64,000 bases of DNA. Origin: Desulfomonilia bacterium. GTDB taxonomy: Bacteria; Desulfobacterota; Desulfomonilia; UBA1062. Shown here piece after piece: positions 9,804 to 18,047 of the stretch (position 1 is the stretch's first letter; every line of letters starts with the position of its first letter). The stretch covers positions 1 through 64,000 of the forward strand of contig JBEKDT010000011.1 of assembly GCA_050014195.1 (NCBI GenBank), in the 5' to 3' direction. Made by a program: the position numbers and the translations under genes. A model generated the notes under the pieces. The model saw only the letters and a program-made list of their open reading frames with translations, made no database searches and had not been told where the DNA came from.

Positions 9804-11261
9804 ATGGAACCGATTAGGGAACAAAAGAAAGCTCTGGGCGTCTTATCGATTGGATTAATGACAGCGGCTGCTGTGGTGACCAGTCTGCGTGGCTTGCCAC
9901 TACTCGCAAAGGAGGAGATGACGATGTTCGCCTATCTGGCGTTCACAGTTATTTTCTACCTTATTCCGGCGTCGCTGGTTTCGGCTGAACTCGGCGGCGC
10001 CTTTGCTGATAAAAAAGGCGGTATTTATGCCTGGGTCGGCCAAGCATTTGGCGTACACTGGGGATTCCTGGCAATCTGGCTCCAGTGGATTCAGAACGTC
10101 GTATGGTATCCGGTAGCGCTTACCTTTGGAGCGGCAGCGCTCGCCTATACGATTGGCCGTCCCGACCTGGCGAAGAACGGAATTTACGTCGGGCTTTTTT
10201 GCATTGTTGTCTATTGGCTGGCGACTGTCGTCGTTCTTCAAGGTGTGGAAGTCTTCGCCAAAGTTGCCAACTGGACGTTCATCATCGGGACGGTCCTTCC
10301 CGGAATTTGTCTCCTCCTGCTCTTTGGCTACTGGATTGCATCAGGGCACCCCATAGCATGGCAGCACCTCACCGATCCTGCATTATCACAAAATGGACAA
10401 GCACGTTTCTGGCCGGCAATCCATGGATTAGGAACGGTTGCGTTTCTCGCAGGGATCGTGCTGCTGTTTGCCGGCGTGGAGGTGCAGGCAGTGCACGTCA
10501 TGGAGATGAGAAATCCAAGTAGAGAATATCCGGCAGCTATAGGACTGGCTGCGATTATCTCGTTGCTTATCTTTGCCCTTGGAGCCGTTCCTGTTGCAGC
10601 AATTTTGCCGTATGAGAAGATTTCTCTACAATCCGGCGTCTTTGACACATTCAGTGCAGTGATCGGCGATATTTGGCATGCTGGGTGGCTCACATCTTTG
10701 CTTTCGCTGCTCGTGGGAATAGGGGCAATTAGCGGCGTATTTGCTTGGCTTGGCAGCCCAAGCCGCGGGTTGCTTGCGACCGCGCACGATGGAGAGTTGC
10801 CTCCAGTGCTACACGCGATGAACGGTCATGGCATGCCGACACACATCCTTATGATCCAGGGTGTCGTGGTAACAGTCATGTCCTGCCTGTATTTTGTGAT
10901 AAAAGACGTCTCCGTCGTGTTCTTTCTGGTTTCAGCGATGACGATCGCTCTCTACCTGATCGCCTACATGTTCATGTACGCAGCCGGTATCAGGCTTCGC
11001 TACACAAAGCCGGATCTTGCGAGGCCATTTAAAGTGCCCGTTGGTCTGGCTGGCATGTGGCTGGTCGCTGGTGTGGGCTTCGTGGGGGTGCTCTTCAGCT
11101 TCTTGGTGGCGTTCTTCCCTCCCGATCAATTGCCGGTGGGCTCACCCGTTGTCTATGTGATACTCGTGATCGTCGGCACGGTGGTGTTCTGCGGCATACC
11201 ACTCATCCTCCATGCGATACGCCGCCCAAACTGGGCCAAGGACGTACAGCCGGGAAAATAG
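9804..11261 (+). CDS. gadC: Glutamate/GABA antiporter (APC family)
   Basis: About 12 TM segments, SLRGLP, LVSAELG, FAGVEVQAVH; follows gadB; AGGAG RBS before ATG 9804. Confidence 0.85.
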   Translation: MEPIREQKKALGVLSIGLMTAAAVVTSLRGLPLLAKEEMTMFAYLAFTVIFYLIPASLVSAELGGAFADKKGGIYAWVGQAFGVHWGFLAIWLQWIQNVVWYPVALTFGAAALAYTIGRPDLAKNGIYVGLFCIVVYWLATVVVLQGVEVFAKVANWTFIIGTVLPGICLLLLFGYWIASGHPIAWQHLTDPALSQNGQARFWPAIHGLGTVAFLAGIVLLFAGVEVQAVHVMEMRNPSREYPAAIGLAAIISLLIFALGAVPVAAILPYEKISLQSGVFDTFSAVIGDIWHAGWLTSLLSLLVGIGAISGVFAWLGSPSRGLLATAHDGELPPVLHAMNGHGMPTHILMIQGVVVTVMSCLYFVIKDVSVVFFLVSAMTIALYLIAYMFMYAAGIRLRYTKPDLARPFKVPVGLAGMWLVAGVGFVGVLFSFLVAFFPPDQLPVGSPVVYVILVIVGTVVFCGIPLILHAIRRPNWAKDVQPGK

Positions 11262-11358
11262 TTCGGGTGTATTGGACATTAGGGGTCCGGCGGAAAGCGG
11301 AGATAGTACTCCTCGTGTGGCCATAGACGGGTAAGGAGATGACTTTGAGGATGAGTTC

Positions 11359-11862
11359 ATGATGTATTATCCGATTGTATACAATCATGCTGTTCGTGAA
11401 CTCATAGATCAGTTCAAACAGGTGCCTGCTCTCACTAAGGAGGAAGAATATAAACTCGCAGTCCATATGAGGGATCAGGGCGATCCTGATGCTGCAGACA
11501 GCCTCATAACCGCCAATTTGGAAAACGTGGTGTGGATCGCCATGGATTATGCCGGATATGGTCTGCCCCTGGAGGATACTGTTCAGGAAGGGATCATAGG
11601 GCTGATGATCGCAGTGAAGAAGTTCAATCCGCATAAAGGGTATCATCTCATGACCTATGCAATATAGTGGATTAAGGCAAAGATCCATGATTATATCTTA
11701 AGGTTCTTCTCCCAGGTCAAGCTGGGTACGACCAAGCTGCAGAAACGCCTGTTCTATGGACTCAACCGTATAACGGCTGAAGAGGAAGTCATGGATAACC
11801 ATAAGGCCCGGCCACGAGCATTGAAGATTATTTTTGAGAATCTGATTTTTCATAATAAGTAG
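11359..11862 (+). pseudogene. rpoH: RpoH (sigma32)-type sigma factor pseudogene
   Basis: Regions 1.2-2 (LTKEEEY, LITANL, QEGIIGLMIAVKKFNP); in-frame TAG at 11665 in TYAI*WIKAKIHDYIL; then RpoH-box-like TTKLQKRLFYGLNR; regions 3-4 missing. Confidence 0.8.
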
Positions 11863-11907
11863 CATCCTTGTATGACGCTGTGATCTTTATTAGGAAAGGA
11901 TACCATA

Positions 11908-12213
11908 ATGAAAATTTCAAAATGGTTGGATAAGAAGGTAAAAGAAGGCTTTGATGTATCTCAAATCGTATTGCCTGGTGACCTGTCTTATGACGATATC
12001 CCTGACGAAACCATCCTTTTTAAGGAGATCAGGCCTTGCAGTGTCCTCTGTACAGGCAATCATCCTTTCTCTACTGTCGAGCGTTTTGGACACTGGTATT
12101 ATTGTAGAGGTCAAGACAAGGAAGCCGGTATTCACTCATCCGGGATGAAATGGTGGTTATTTACAAAGGATAAAGATATCGCTCTCAAGACAGCTAAATC
12201 ACACATAGAATAA
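11908..12213 (+). CDS. Hypothetical protein
   Basis: 101-aa ORF with GGAAAGGA RBS and protein-like composition. Confidence 0.6.
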   Translation: MKISKWLDKKVKEGFDVSQIVLPGDLSYDDIPDETILFKEIRPCSVLCTGNHPFSTVERFGHWYYCRGQDKEAGIHSSGMKWWLFTKDKDIALKTAKSHIE

Positions 12214-12357
12214 TATGATCTGACTACATGCGATGATCTCTTCGGAGAGCTTCAGTTTTCAGACATTTCAAACCAAGGTGTTATCGCAGGAATCACCAGT
12301 ATGAGAAAATCGACCCTATTTATTCTCATCGGGGAATAAATAAGAGAGGCGGCTTGT

Positions 12358-12810
12358 ATGAGCTTTCGAATAAAATTATTGTGCATACTCATCCTGTCAT
12401 TGCCTGCTACCTCAATATATTCTCGAGAAGCACAACAGACTGGAGACCTTACCATAGTCCTGACCGGATTCGAGAACAACAATGGTCTTGTCTGGATCTC
12501 GGTGGTCAATTCTGAACAAGGATATGTTGATGAGCATAAGGCATTTTGCGGGATCAGGAGCAAGATTACCAATAAGAGAGTGGAGGTTATTCTCAAGGGT
12601 ATTCCCTATGGCGAATATGGCATCAGAACCTACCACGATGACGATGGGAGCGGGTCACTCAACAAGAATTTCTTAGGGATTCCAAAGGATGCCTATGGTT
12701 TTTCAAACAATGCCAGAGATTTGACCGGCACACCTTCCTATGACAAGGTGCGGTTCAAGTTAAATGCATCCGCCGTCACGGTAAACATAACGGTAAAAAA
12801 ATACCCTTAG
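12358..12810 (+). CDS. DUF2141 family exported protein
   Basis: Signal peptide; PYGEYGI..YHDDDGSGSLNKNFLGIPKDAYGFSNN. Confidence 0.85.
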   Translation: MSFRIKLLCILILSLPATSIYSREAQQTGDLTIVLTGFENNNGLVWISVVNSEQGYVDEHKAFCGIRSKITNKRVEVILKGIPYGEYGIRTYHDDDGSGSLNKNFLGIPKDAYGFSNNARDLTGTPSYDKVRFKLNASAVTVNITVKKYP

Positions 12811-12996
12811 TGCAGGATTAGGGGTTCAACATATGATAGTATGAATTGTTGATTGTTGAGACCACACTTTTCTTCATTGGGCCTTCCGGCTCGACTTCTC
12901 TCTAGAGTTCTATTCATCAGACTGAGAAATCACCGTCGTGTATGGCCCGATTATCACTTCTCCGGAGCAGGGTAGATCATCGGCTTGATCCTTGGT

Positions 12997-14388
12997 TTAC
13001 AGCAAGTGGTCAAATAAATGCGCAAACCACTCCCTCATCTTCGAGAACAAGGATCTTTTCTTCCACTCTTCCCATTTTATCTGATGGGACTCCAAAAGAT
13101 CCTTGGCAAATGTCTTCTCCATCTCAGCAGCGAACTCACGGCTCAGAACAACCGCATTCACTTCGTCCTCCCTCAAAAGGCTCCAGTAGTCCATGTTGGT
13201 AGAACCGACCGTCGACCAGACACCGTCAATGACCGCAGTCTTCGCATGCAATAAGGCGTTGCGGCGTTCGTATATCTTCACCCCCGATTCCAACAGCTCG
13301 GAATAATTATACCGCGCTGCATCTAAGGCCGGCAAGGAATCGGTGGTCTCGGGAAGAATAATCTTTACGTCAACACCTCTCCTGGCTGCATCCTCGAAGG
13401 CCTTCAGTATCTGGTCGTCGGGTATAAAATAGGCATTCGTCACATGAATAGAATGCTCTGCAAACGTGATGGCGGCGACATACACGATAAACGTGATCCT
13501 GTTGTCCGAGCCTGGTGTGCTGCCGACGACCCGCACCAGGGCATTCCCATCTTCTTTCATCCTCGGGTAGTAGTTCCGTTCGGTTAGTTTAGGCCCATGC
13601 TGCTTGGACCACGTTTCAAGAAAGAGCTTTTGGAATTCAGCCACAGCGGGACCTTCAATTTGAACGTCCGTGTCACGCCAGGGCAGTGGTGTTCCTTTGT
13701 TTTTATGCCATCCGGAAAGATTGCTCGAGTACACGCTACTGATGTTGACGCCGCCTGTAATAGCGATCTTGCCGTCGACAATCAAGATCTTGCGGTGATC
13801 CAGATGCCCGAGAAGCCAGTTCCCGTGAGCCTTAAACGGATTTATCGGATTGAATTCGACGACCTGAATTCCCCCGTCCCGCAAGCGCTGAAAAAAGGCA
13901 GCGGGATTAGTGTGACTGCCATAGCTGTCATAAATCAGATTGACCTGAACACCTTGGGCCTGTTTTTTCAACAACAGGTCAGAAAATTCGCGGCCCACGT
14001 TATCATCATCGATGATAAAGGTTTCAAGGTTGATATGGTCTCTGGCACTCTGCATGGCTTTGAACATTGCGGCATAGGCAGCTTTGCCATCGGCAAGGAG
14101 AGTGACTTTGTTTCCCTTCGTCAGCGGGCTTTCGGTGACCGATTCCACCACTGCAGTGTAGCGTTCCAGAATGTCCGTCGGGTTGACCGATCGCTTCAGC
14201 CGTTCCATGATGGCTTTACTCTGTTTTGGAGATAACAGTCCCTTGGCCGAAACGATTTGGCGCGGGTCTTGGGCAGTCGGCGCCGCGTCAATCTTTTCAG
14301 AGACATTCGGCAAGTTCACACATCCGCTGCTGATACCCAAGATGGATATCGACAGGAGGAACAAAAAGAGAGCTTTGATGAATGTCAT
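12997..14388 (-). CDS. cls: Cardiolipin synthase / PLD family
   Basis: Two HKD motifs (HRKILIVDG, HAKTAVIDG), WRDTD, GSTNMD. Confidence 0.9.
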   Translation of the reverse strand: MTFIKALFLFLLSISILGISSGCVNLPNVSEKIDAAPTAQDPRQIVSAKGLLSPKQSKAIMERLKRSVNPTDILERYTAVVESVTESPLTKGNKVTLLADGKAAYAAMFKAMQSARDHINLETFIIDDDNVGREFSDLLLKKQAQGVQVNLIYDSYGSHTNPAAFFQRLRDGGIQVVEFNPINPFKAHGNWLLGHLDHRKILIVDGKIAITGGVNISSVYSSNLSGWHKNKGTPLPWRDTDVQIEGPAVAEFQKLFLETWSKQHGPKLTERNYYPRMKEDGNALVRVVGSTPGSDNRITFIVYVAAITFAEHSIHVTNAYFIPDDQILKAFEDAARRGVDVKIILPETTDSLPALDAARYNYSELLESGVKIYERRNALLHAKTAVIDGVWSTVGSTNMDYWSLLREDEVNAVVLSREFAAEMEKTFAKDLLESHQIKWEEWKKRSLFSKMREWFAHLFDHLL

Positions 14389-14437
14389 GTTTTATCCGGA
14401 TGTAAGCTCCTTCATGTTGTCACAAGGATACTCTCAG

Positions 14438-14587
14438 CTACATGGGGCTTCGTCCCTGGATGATTCTGACCAGGACAATGACAATGGCAATGACCAGCAG
14501 AATGTGAATAAAATAGCCCATCGTATAGCCGGTCACCAGCCCCAGCAACCATAGAATTATGAGTATTACCGCAATCGTCCACAACAT
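14438..14587 (-). CDS. lmo0937-family small membrane protein (49 aa; absent from ORF track)
   Basis: MLWTIAVILIILWLLGLVTGYTMGYFIHILLVIAIVIVLVRIIQGRSPM; AAAGGAGG RBS. Confidence 0.85.
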   Translation of the reverse strand: MLWTIAVILIILWLLGLVTGYTMGYFIHILLVIAIVIVLVRIIQGRSPM

Positions 14588-14692
14588 TTGAACCTCCTTT
14601 CAAATAGATCCCCCGGCAAACCGGTAGAATCTATTTGGACTACTCGATGCCTGAGGCGCAAGGATACACCGACGCATGATACACCGCTCTCG

Positions 14693-14872
14693 CTACTTCC
14701 CCCAAACCTTCTTGATCTGACCGATCTTTTCCTGAACTTTGCCGGCTATCTTTTCACCGATACCTTCGGCTTCCAACTTTGGATTATCGCTGATTTTCCC
14801 AGCGATCTCCCTGATCTTACCCTTCATTTTGTGATATGTTCCTTCCGTTTGGTCTTTCGTACTGGATTTCAT
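14693..14872 (-). CDS. CsbD family stress protein (59 aa; absent from ORF track)
   Basis: MKSSTKDQTEGTYHKMKGKIREIAGKISDNPKLEAEGIGEKIAGKVQEKIGQIKKVWGK; AAGGAG RBS. Confidence 0.88.
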   Translation of the reverse strand: MKSSTKDQTEGTYHKMKGKIREIAGKISDNPKLEAEGIGEKIAGKVQEKIGQIKKVWGK

Positions 14873-14951
14873 GGTATTTCTCCTTTAGGATTTTGATTTG
14901 ACTACTGGGTTATTTTGATAATTGTCCGGCAAAAAAAGATTCGTAAGCCGG

Positions 14952-15087
14952 TCAGCGGAGCAACCAGAGAATGCCGATTATAATGAGATAGATGGCAACG
15001 ATATAACTCAATAGTCTGGGGGACAAGGAGAATCAATATCCCCGCGATGAGGGCAACCACTGGCTGTGGCGATATACCGATTAACAT
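14952..15087 (-). pseudogene. DUF3096 small membrane protein, +1 frameshift
   Basis: PVVALIAGILILLVP continues as RLLSYIVAIYLIIIGILWLLR* if one C is removed from the C5 run (15018-15022). Confidence 0.7.
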
Positions 15088-15106
15088 GGCATCTGCGGTG
15101 ATGCAC

Positions 15107-15421
15107 CTATTTTACAATCAGGTCGTTTTTCACCGATTTTACACCCTCAATGCCCTCGGCAATCTCTCCTGCCTTTTTCACACTCTGATCGGAATCAACA
15201 AAACCGCTTAATTGGACCACCCCTTGATACGTCTTAACATTGATCTCGAGCGATTTCAGCGTTGGTTCATTAAAGATTGCGGCCTTTACCTTGGTTGTTA
15301 TTACCGAGTCATCGACATACTGGCCGGTGCTTTCTTGTTTTTGTGTGGCGGCGCACCCTAGGAATGCGGTTATCAGCCCTATGCAGACCATAAATTTCAG
15401 AATACGATCCCGTTTTATCAT
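15107..15421 (-). CDS. BON domain (OsmY-like) lipoprotein
   Basis: Lipobox FLGC; DDSVITTKVKA, GVVQLSGFVDS, GVKSVKNDL. Confidence 0.92.
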   Translation of the reverse strand: MIKRDRILKFMVCIGLITAFLGCAATQKQESTGQYVDDSVITTKVKAAIFNEPTLKSLEINVKTYQGVVQLSGFVDSDQSVKKAGEIAEGIEGVKSVKNDLIVK

Positions 15422-15477
15422 AAAGGCATCTCCTTTCCCGTCCAGGGCTACACGAGGAATTCCATGGAGTCCTTTTT

Positions 15478-15535
15478 TATTAGAACCTTACGTATAGTAA
15501 TCATCAAATTGTTCCGGACAAGGGTGCATGATGAG
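15478..15535 (-). promoter_or_regulatory. Conserved upstream element, copy 2 (before BON operon)
   Basis: Near-identical to 8113-8169 and in the same orientation relative to the downstream gene. Confidence 0.65.
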
Positions 15536-15793
15536 GCTGGATGATGAGAATTTCATCCTCACCTTGACAAACAAAGGCCCGGTCTTATTTTAAGGCTTCT
15601 ATTGAAAGAGGTCCAAGAGATCATGGATTATAATGTTTTATCGAAAGCTATCGATCTGCCGGTCCTCAAGGGAACATGGATTATATGATAAGGAAGTCGG
15701 TCTTCTACTTGGCGATGATTTTTCACCAGTATCATGTGCCATACCTGAAAGGATACAGCTTTTCGCCTGAGGGAGGGCAAACACTCTAGTCAC

Positions 15794-17671
15794 ATGATTC
15801 TCAACTGGCACGACACATATAAAGAAAGGCTTACCGATGCGAGGACCGCGCTCTCCCGGATCAGGAGGGGTGCGCGGATATTCATCGGATCTGCCTGTGG
15901 TGAACCCCAGCTCCTTGTCAAGACCCTCATCGACGTAGCGTCGAACCTTGCAGACACCGAGATCATCCACTTCCTCGATCTCGGGATCGAGCCCTATACG
16001 GATGAGAAGTTCAACGAAAGTTTCCGCCACAATGCTCTTTTCATCGGGGCAGGCACCAGGTCAGCCATCAAGGAAGGCAGGGCGGATTATACACCCATCT
16101 TCCTCTCGGAGATCCCCCTGCTCATGGAAAGAGGGAGTATGCACATCGATGCTGCCCTCATCACCGTGTCCCCTCCCGACAACAGCGGGTATGTAAGCCT
16201 GGGGATCTCGGTTGATATAACCAAGACGGCAGCCGAGGTTGCCCAATATGTGGTAGCAGAAGTGAATCCGAACATGCCAAGGACTTTGGGGAACAGCTTC
16301 CTCCATGTGAGCGAGATCGATGCCTTTGTGGAGAACGATGTCCCCCTGCTGGAGTTCGTGCAGAAGGCACCCGGAGATATTGCCAAGGCAATTGGTGAAC
16401 TTATCGCTGATCTGATCGAAAACGAATCCACCATCCAGACAGGTGTGGGAAAAATTCCTAACTCGGTATTTCCCTACCTCATGAACAAGAGGGACTTGGG
16501 TATTCACACCGAGACATTCACCGAGGGTCTCATCGATCTCATCGAGGCGGGTGTTATCACCTGCAGGAAGAAGTCCTTGCATCCGGGAAAGATCGTCTCC
16601 GCCTTCTGTATGGGAACAAGACGGCTCTATGACTATGTGCACAACAACCCACTCTTCGAGTTCAGACCGTGCAAGTATGTCAACGATCCCTATGTGATCG
16701 CCCAAAATGACAGGATGGTATCCATCAATTCCGCGCTTACCGTGGATCTTACCGGGCAGGTATGCTCCGATTCTTTAGGCTTTGAATTTTATAGCGGCAT
16801 CGGCGGGCAGGTGGACTTTGTCCGGGGTTCTTCCCTGTCTAAGCGGGGCAAATCCATCATGGTGCTGCCATCCACCACGGATGATGGGAAAATGTCCAGG
16901 ATCGTACCATATCTCTCTGCCGGCAGTGGGGTGGTCGTCACCCGGGGTGACATCCATTATGTGGTCACGGAATATGGAATTGCCTACGTGCATGGGAAAT
17001 CCATACGGGATCGGGCCATGGTGTTGATCAATATAGCACATCCCGACTTCCGCGAGGAGTTGCTGGAGGCAGCCAAGACCCAAGGCTACATTTATAAGGA
17101 TCAGACCCTGCCGGTGGTGCTCTATCCGAAGGAATATGAGACCTACTGGACCGACAAGAAAGGAACCGAGATCTTCTTCCGCCCGGTAAAGGCCACCGAT
17201 GAACGGGCAATCCAGGATGAGATTTATGCCCTCCCGGAGCAGGACATTTATACCCGGTTCTTCCATAGCCTCAAGTCCTTTCACCACAAGGTTGCCATGC
17301 CCATGGCTGCAATTGACTACAATGACAAGATGGCCATTGCCGCAGTTACCGGGAAAGAGGAGCCCGAGAGCAGGGAGCAGATCGTAGCCGTTGGGCGATA
17401 CATCCGCGACCCTCATTCCAACTTTGCCGAGGTCGCCTTCACCACGCACCAGGATTGGCAGAACCGGGGCATCGGCACGTTCCTCCTCCAGTACCTGGTC
17501 CGCATAGCCAAAGAGAAGAACATAAAAGGATTCACGGCAGATGTCCTGGCCCGGAACACACCCATGATGAAGGTGTTTTCCAAGACCGGACACCCCCTCA
17601 AAGCCCACCTGGAATCCGGTGTCTATGAACTCGAGATCCCATTCAGTGGAGAGGAAAAGGAGAACGTATAG
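15794..17671 (+). CDS. Acetyl-CoA hydrolase/4-hydroxybutyrate CoA-transferase family fused to C-terminal GNAT
   Basis: EVNPNMPRT, LGIHTE, SGIGGQVDF, VVTEYG; GNAT motifs AEVAF..DWQNRGIGT, NTPMMKVF. Confidence 0.88.
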   Translation: MILNWHDTYKERLTDARTALSRIRRGARIFIGSACGEPQLLVKTLIDVASNLADTEIIHFLDLGIEPYTDEKFNESFRHNALFIGAGTRSAIKEGRADYTPIFLSEIPLLMERGSMHIDAALITVSPPDNSGYVSLGISVDITKTAAEVAQYVVAEVNPNMPRTLGNSFLHVSEIDAFVENDVPLLEFVQKAPGDIAKAIGELIADLIENESTIQTGVGKIPNSVFPYLMNKRDLGIHTETFTEGLIDLIEAGVITCRKKSLHPGKIVSAFCMGTRRLYDYVHNNPLFEFRPCKYVNDPYVIAQNDRMVSINSALTVDLTGQVCSDSLGFEFYSGIGGQVDFVRGSSLSKRGKSIMVLPSTTDDGKMSRIVPYLSAGSGVVVTRGDIHYVVTEYGIAYVHGKSIRDRAMVLINIAHPDFREELLEAAKTQGYIYKDQTLPVVLYPKEYETYWTDKKGTEIFFRPVKATDERAIQDEIYALPEQDIYTRFFHSLKSFHHKVAMPMAAIDYNDKMAIAAVTGKEEPESREQIVAVGRYIRDPHSNFAEVAFTTHQDWQNRGIGTFLLQYLVRIAKEKNIKGFTADVLARNTPMMKVFSKTGHPLKAHLESGVYELEIPFSGEEKENV

Positions 17672-18047
17672 AACCCCCCAGAATGGACAACTACGCTCCT
17701 GCGGGTTTAATGGGTGACAGTGCGGCCTTCACGCGATTTCCGGTAGGGGAAGTCAACAATGCAGAACCATTCCAATTGATAAGGTATACCATGTCTTCCT
17801 GAGATTATCCAGCTTAACATCAGATAATATAAAATAGTGATGTTATCCGTGGGCATAGAGCGTATACAAGAGATGAAGGCTAACTCTATCGACCTCATAT
17901 TCATGGTCTTCCCGAGAGATCAATTCAAAGAAACGATGAAACAGACCTATGTCCTTGATTCGTTCATCCTCAAAGCTAAAATAAATGAAGGGTTTCAGCG
18001 ATGCATGCAGCCATAAACATGAGGTAGGTCAGAAGGAGATCTCAAGA

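Noticed and set aside
11665-11667. Pyrrolysine or amber readthrough in rpoH
   Set aside because: Position corresponds to a typical aromatic residue, and the gene is truncated even with readthrough
15709-15745. GGCGATGA..TCACC resembling a fluoride riboswitch start
   Set aside because: Downstream conserved elements are missing and the gene context is unrelated
8265-17671. GABA to 4-hydroxybutyryl-CoA to PHA pathway linking gadB, the CoA transferase and DUF3141
   Set aside because: Genes are in separate operons, the connecting enzymes are absent, and GadC implies GABA export
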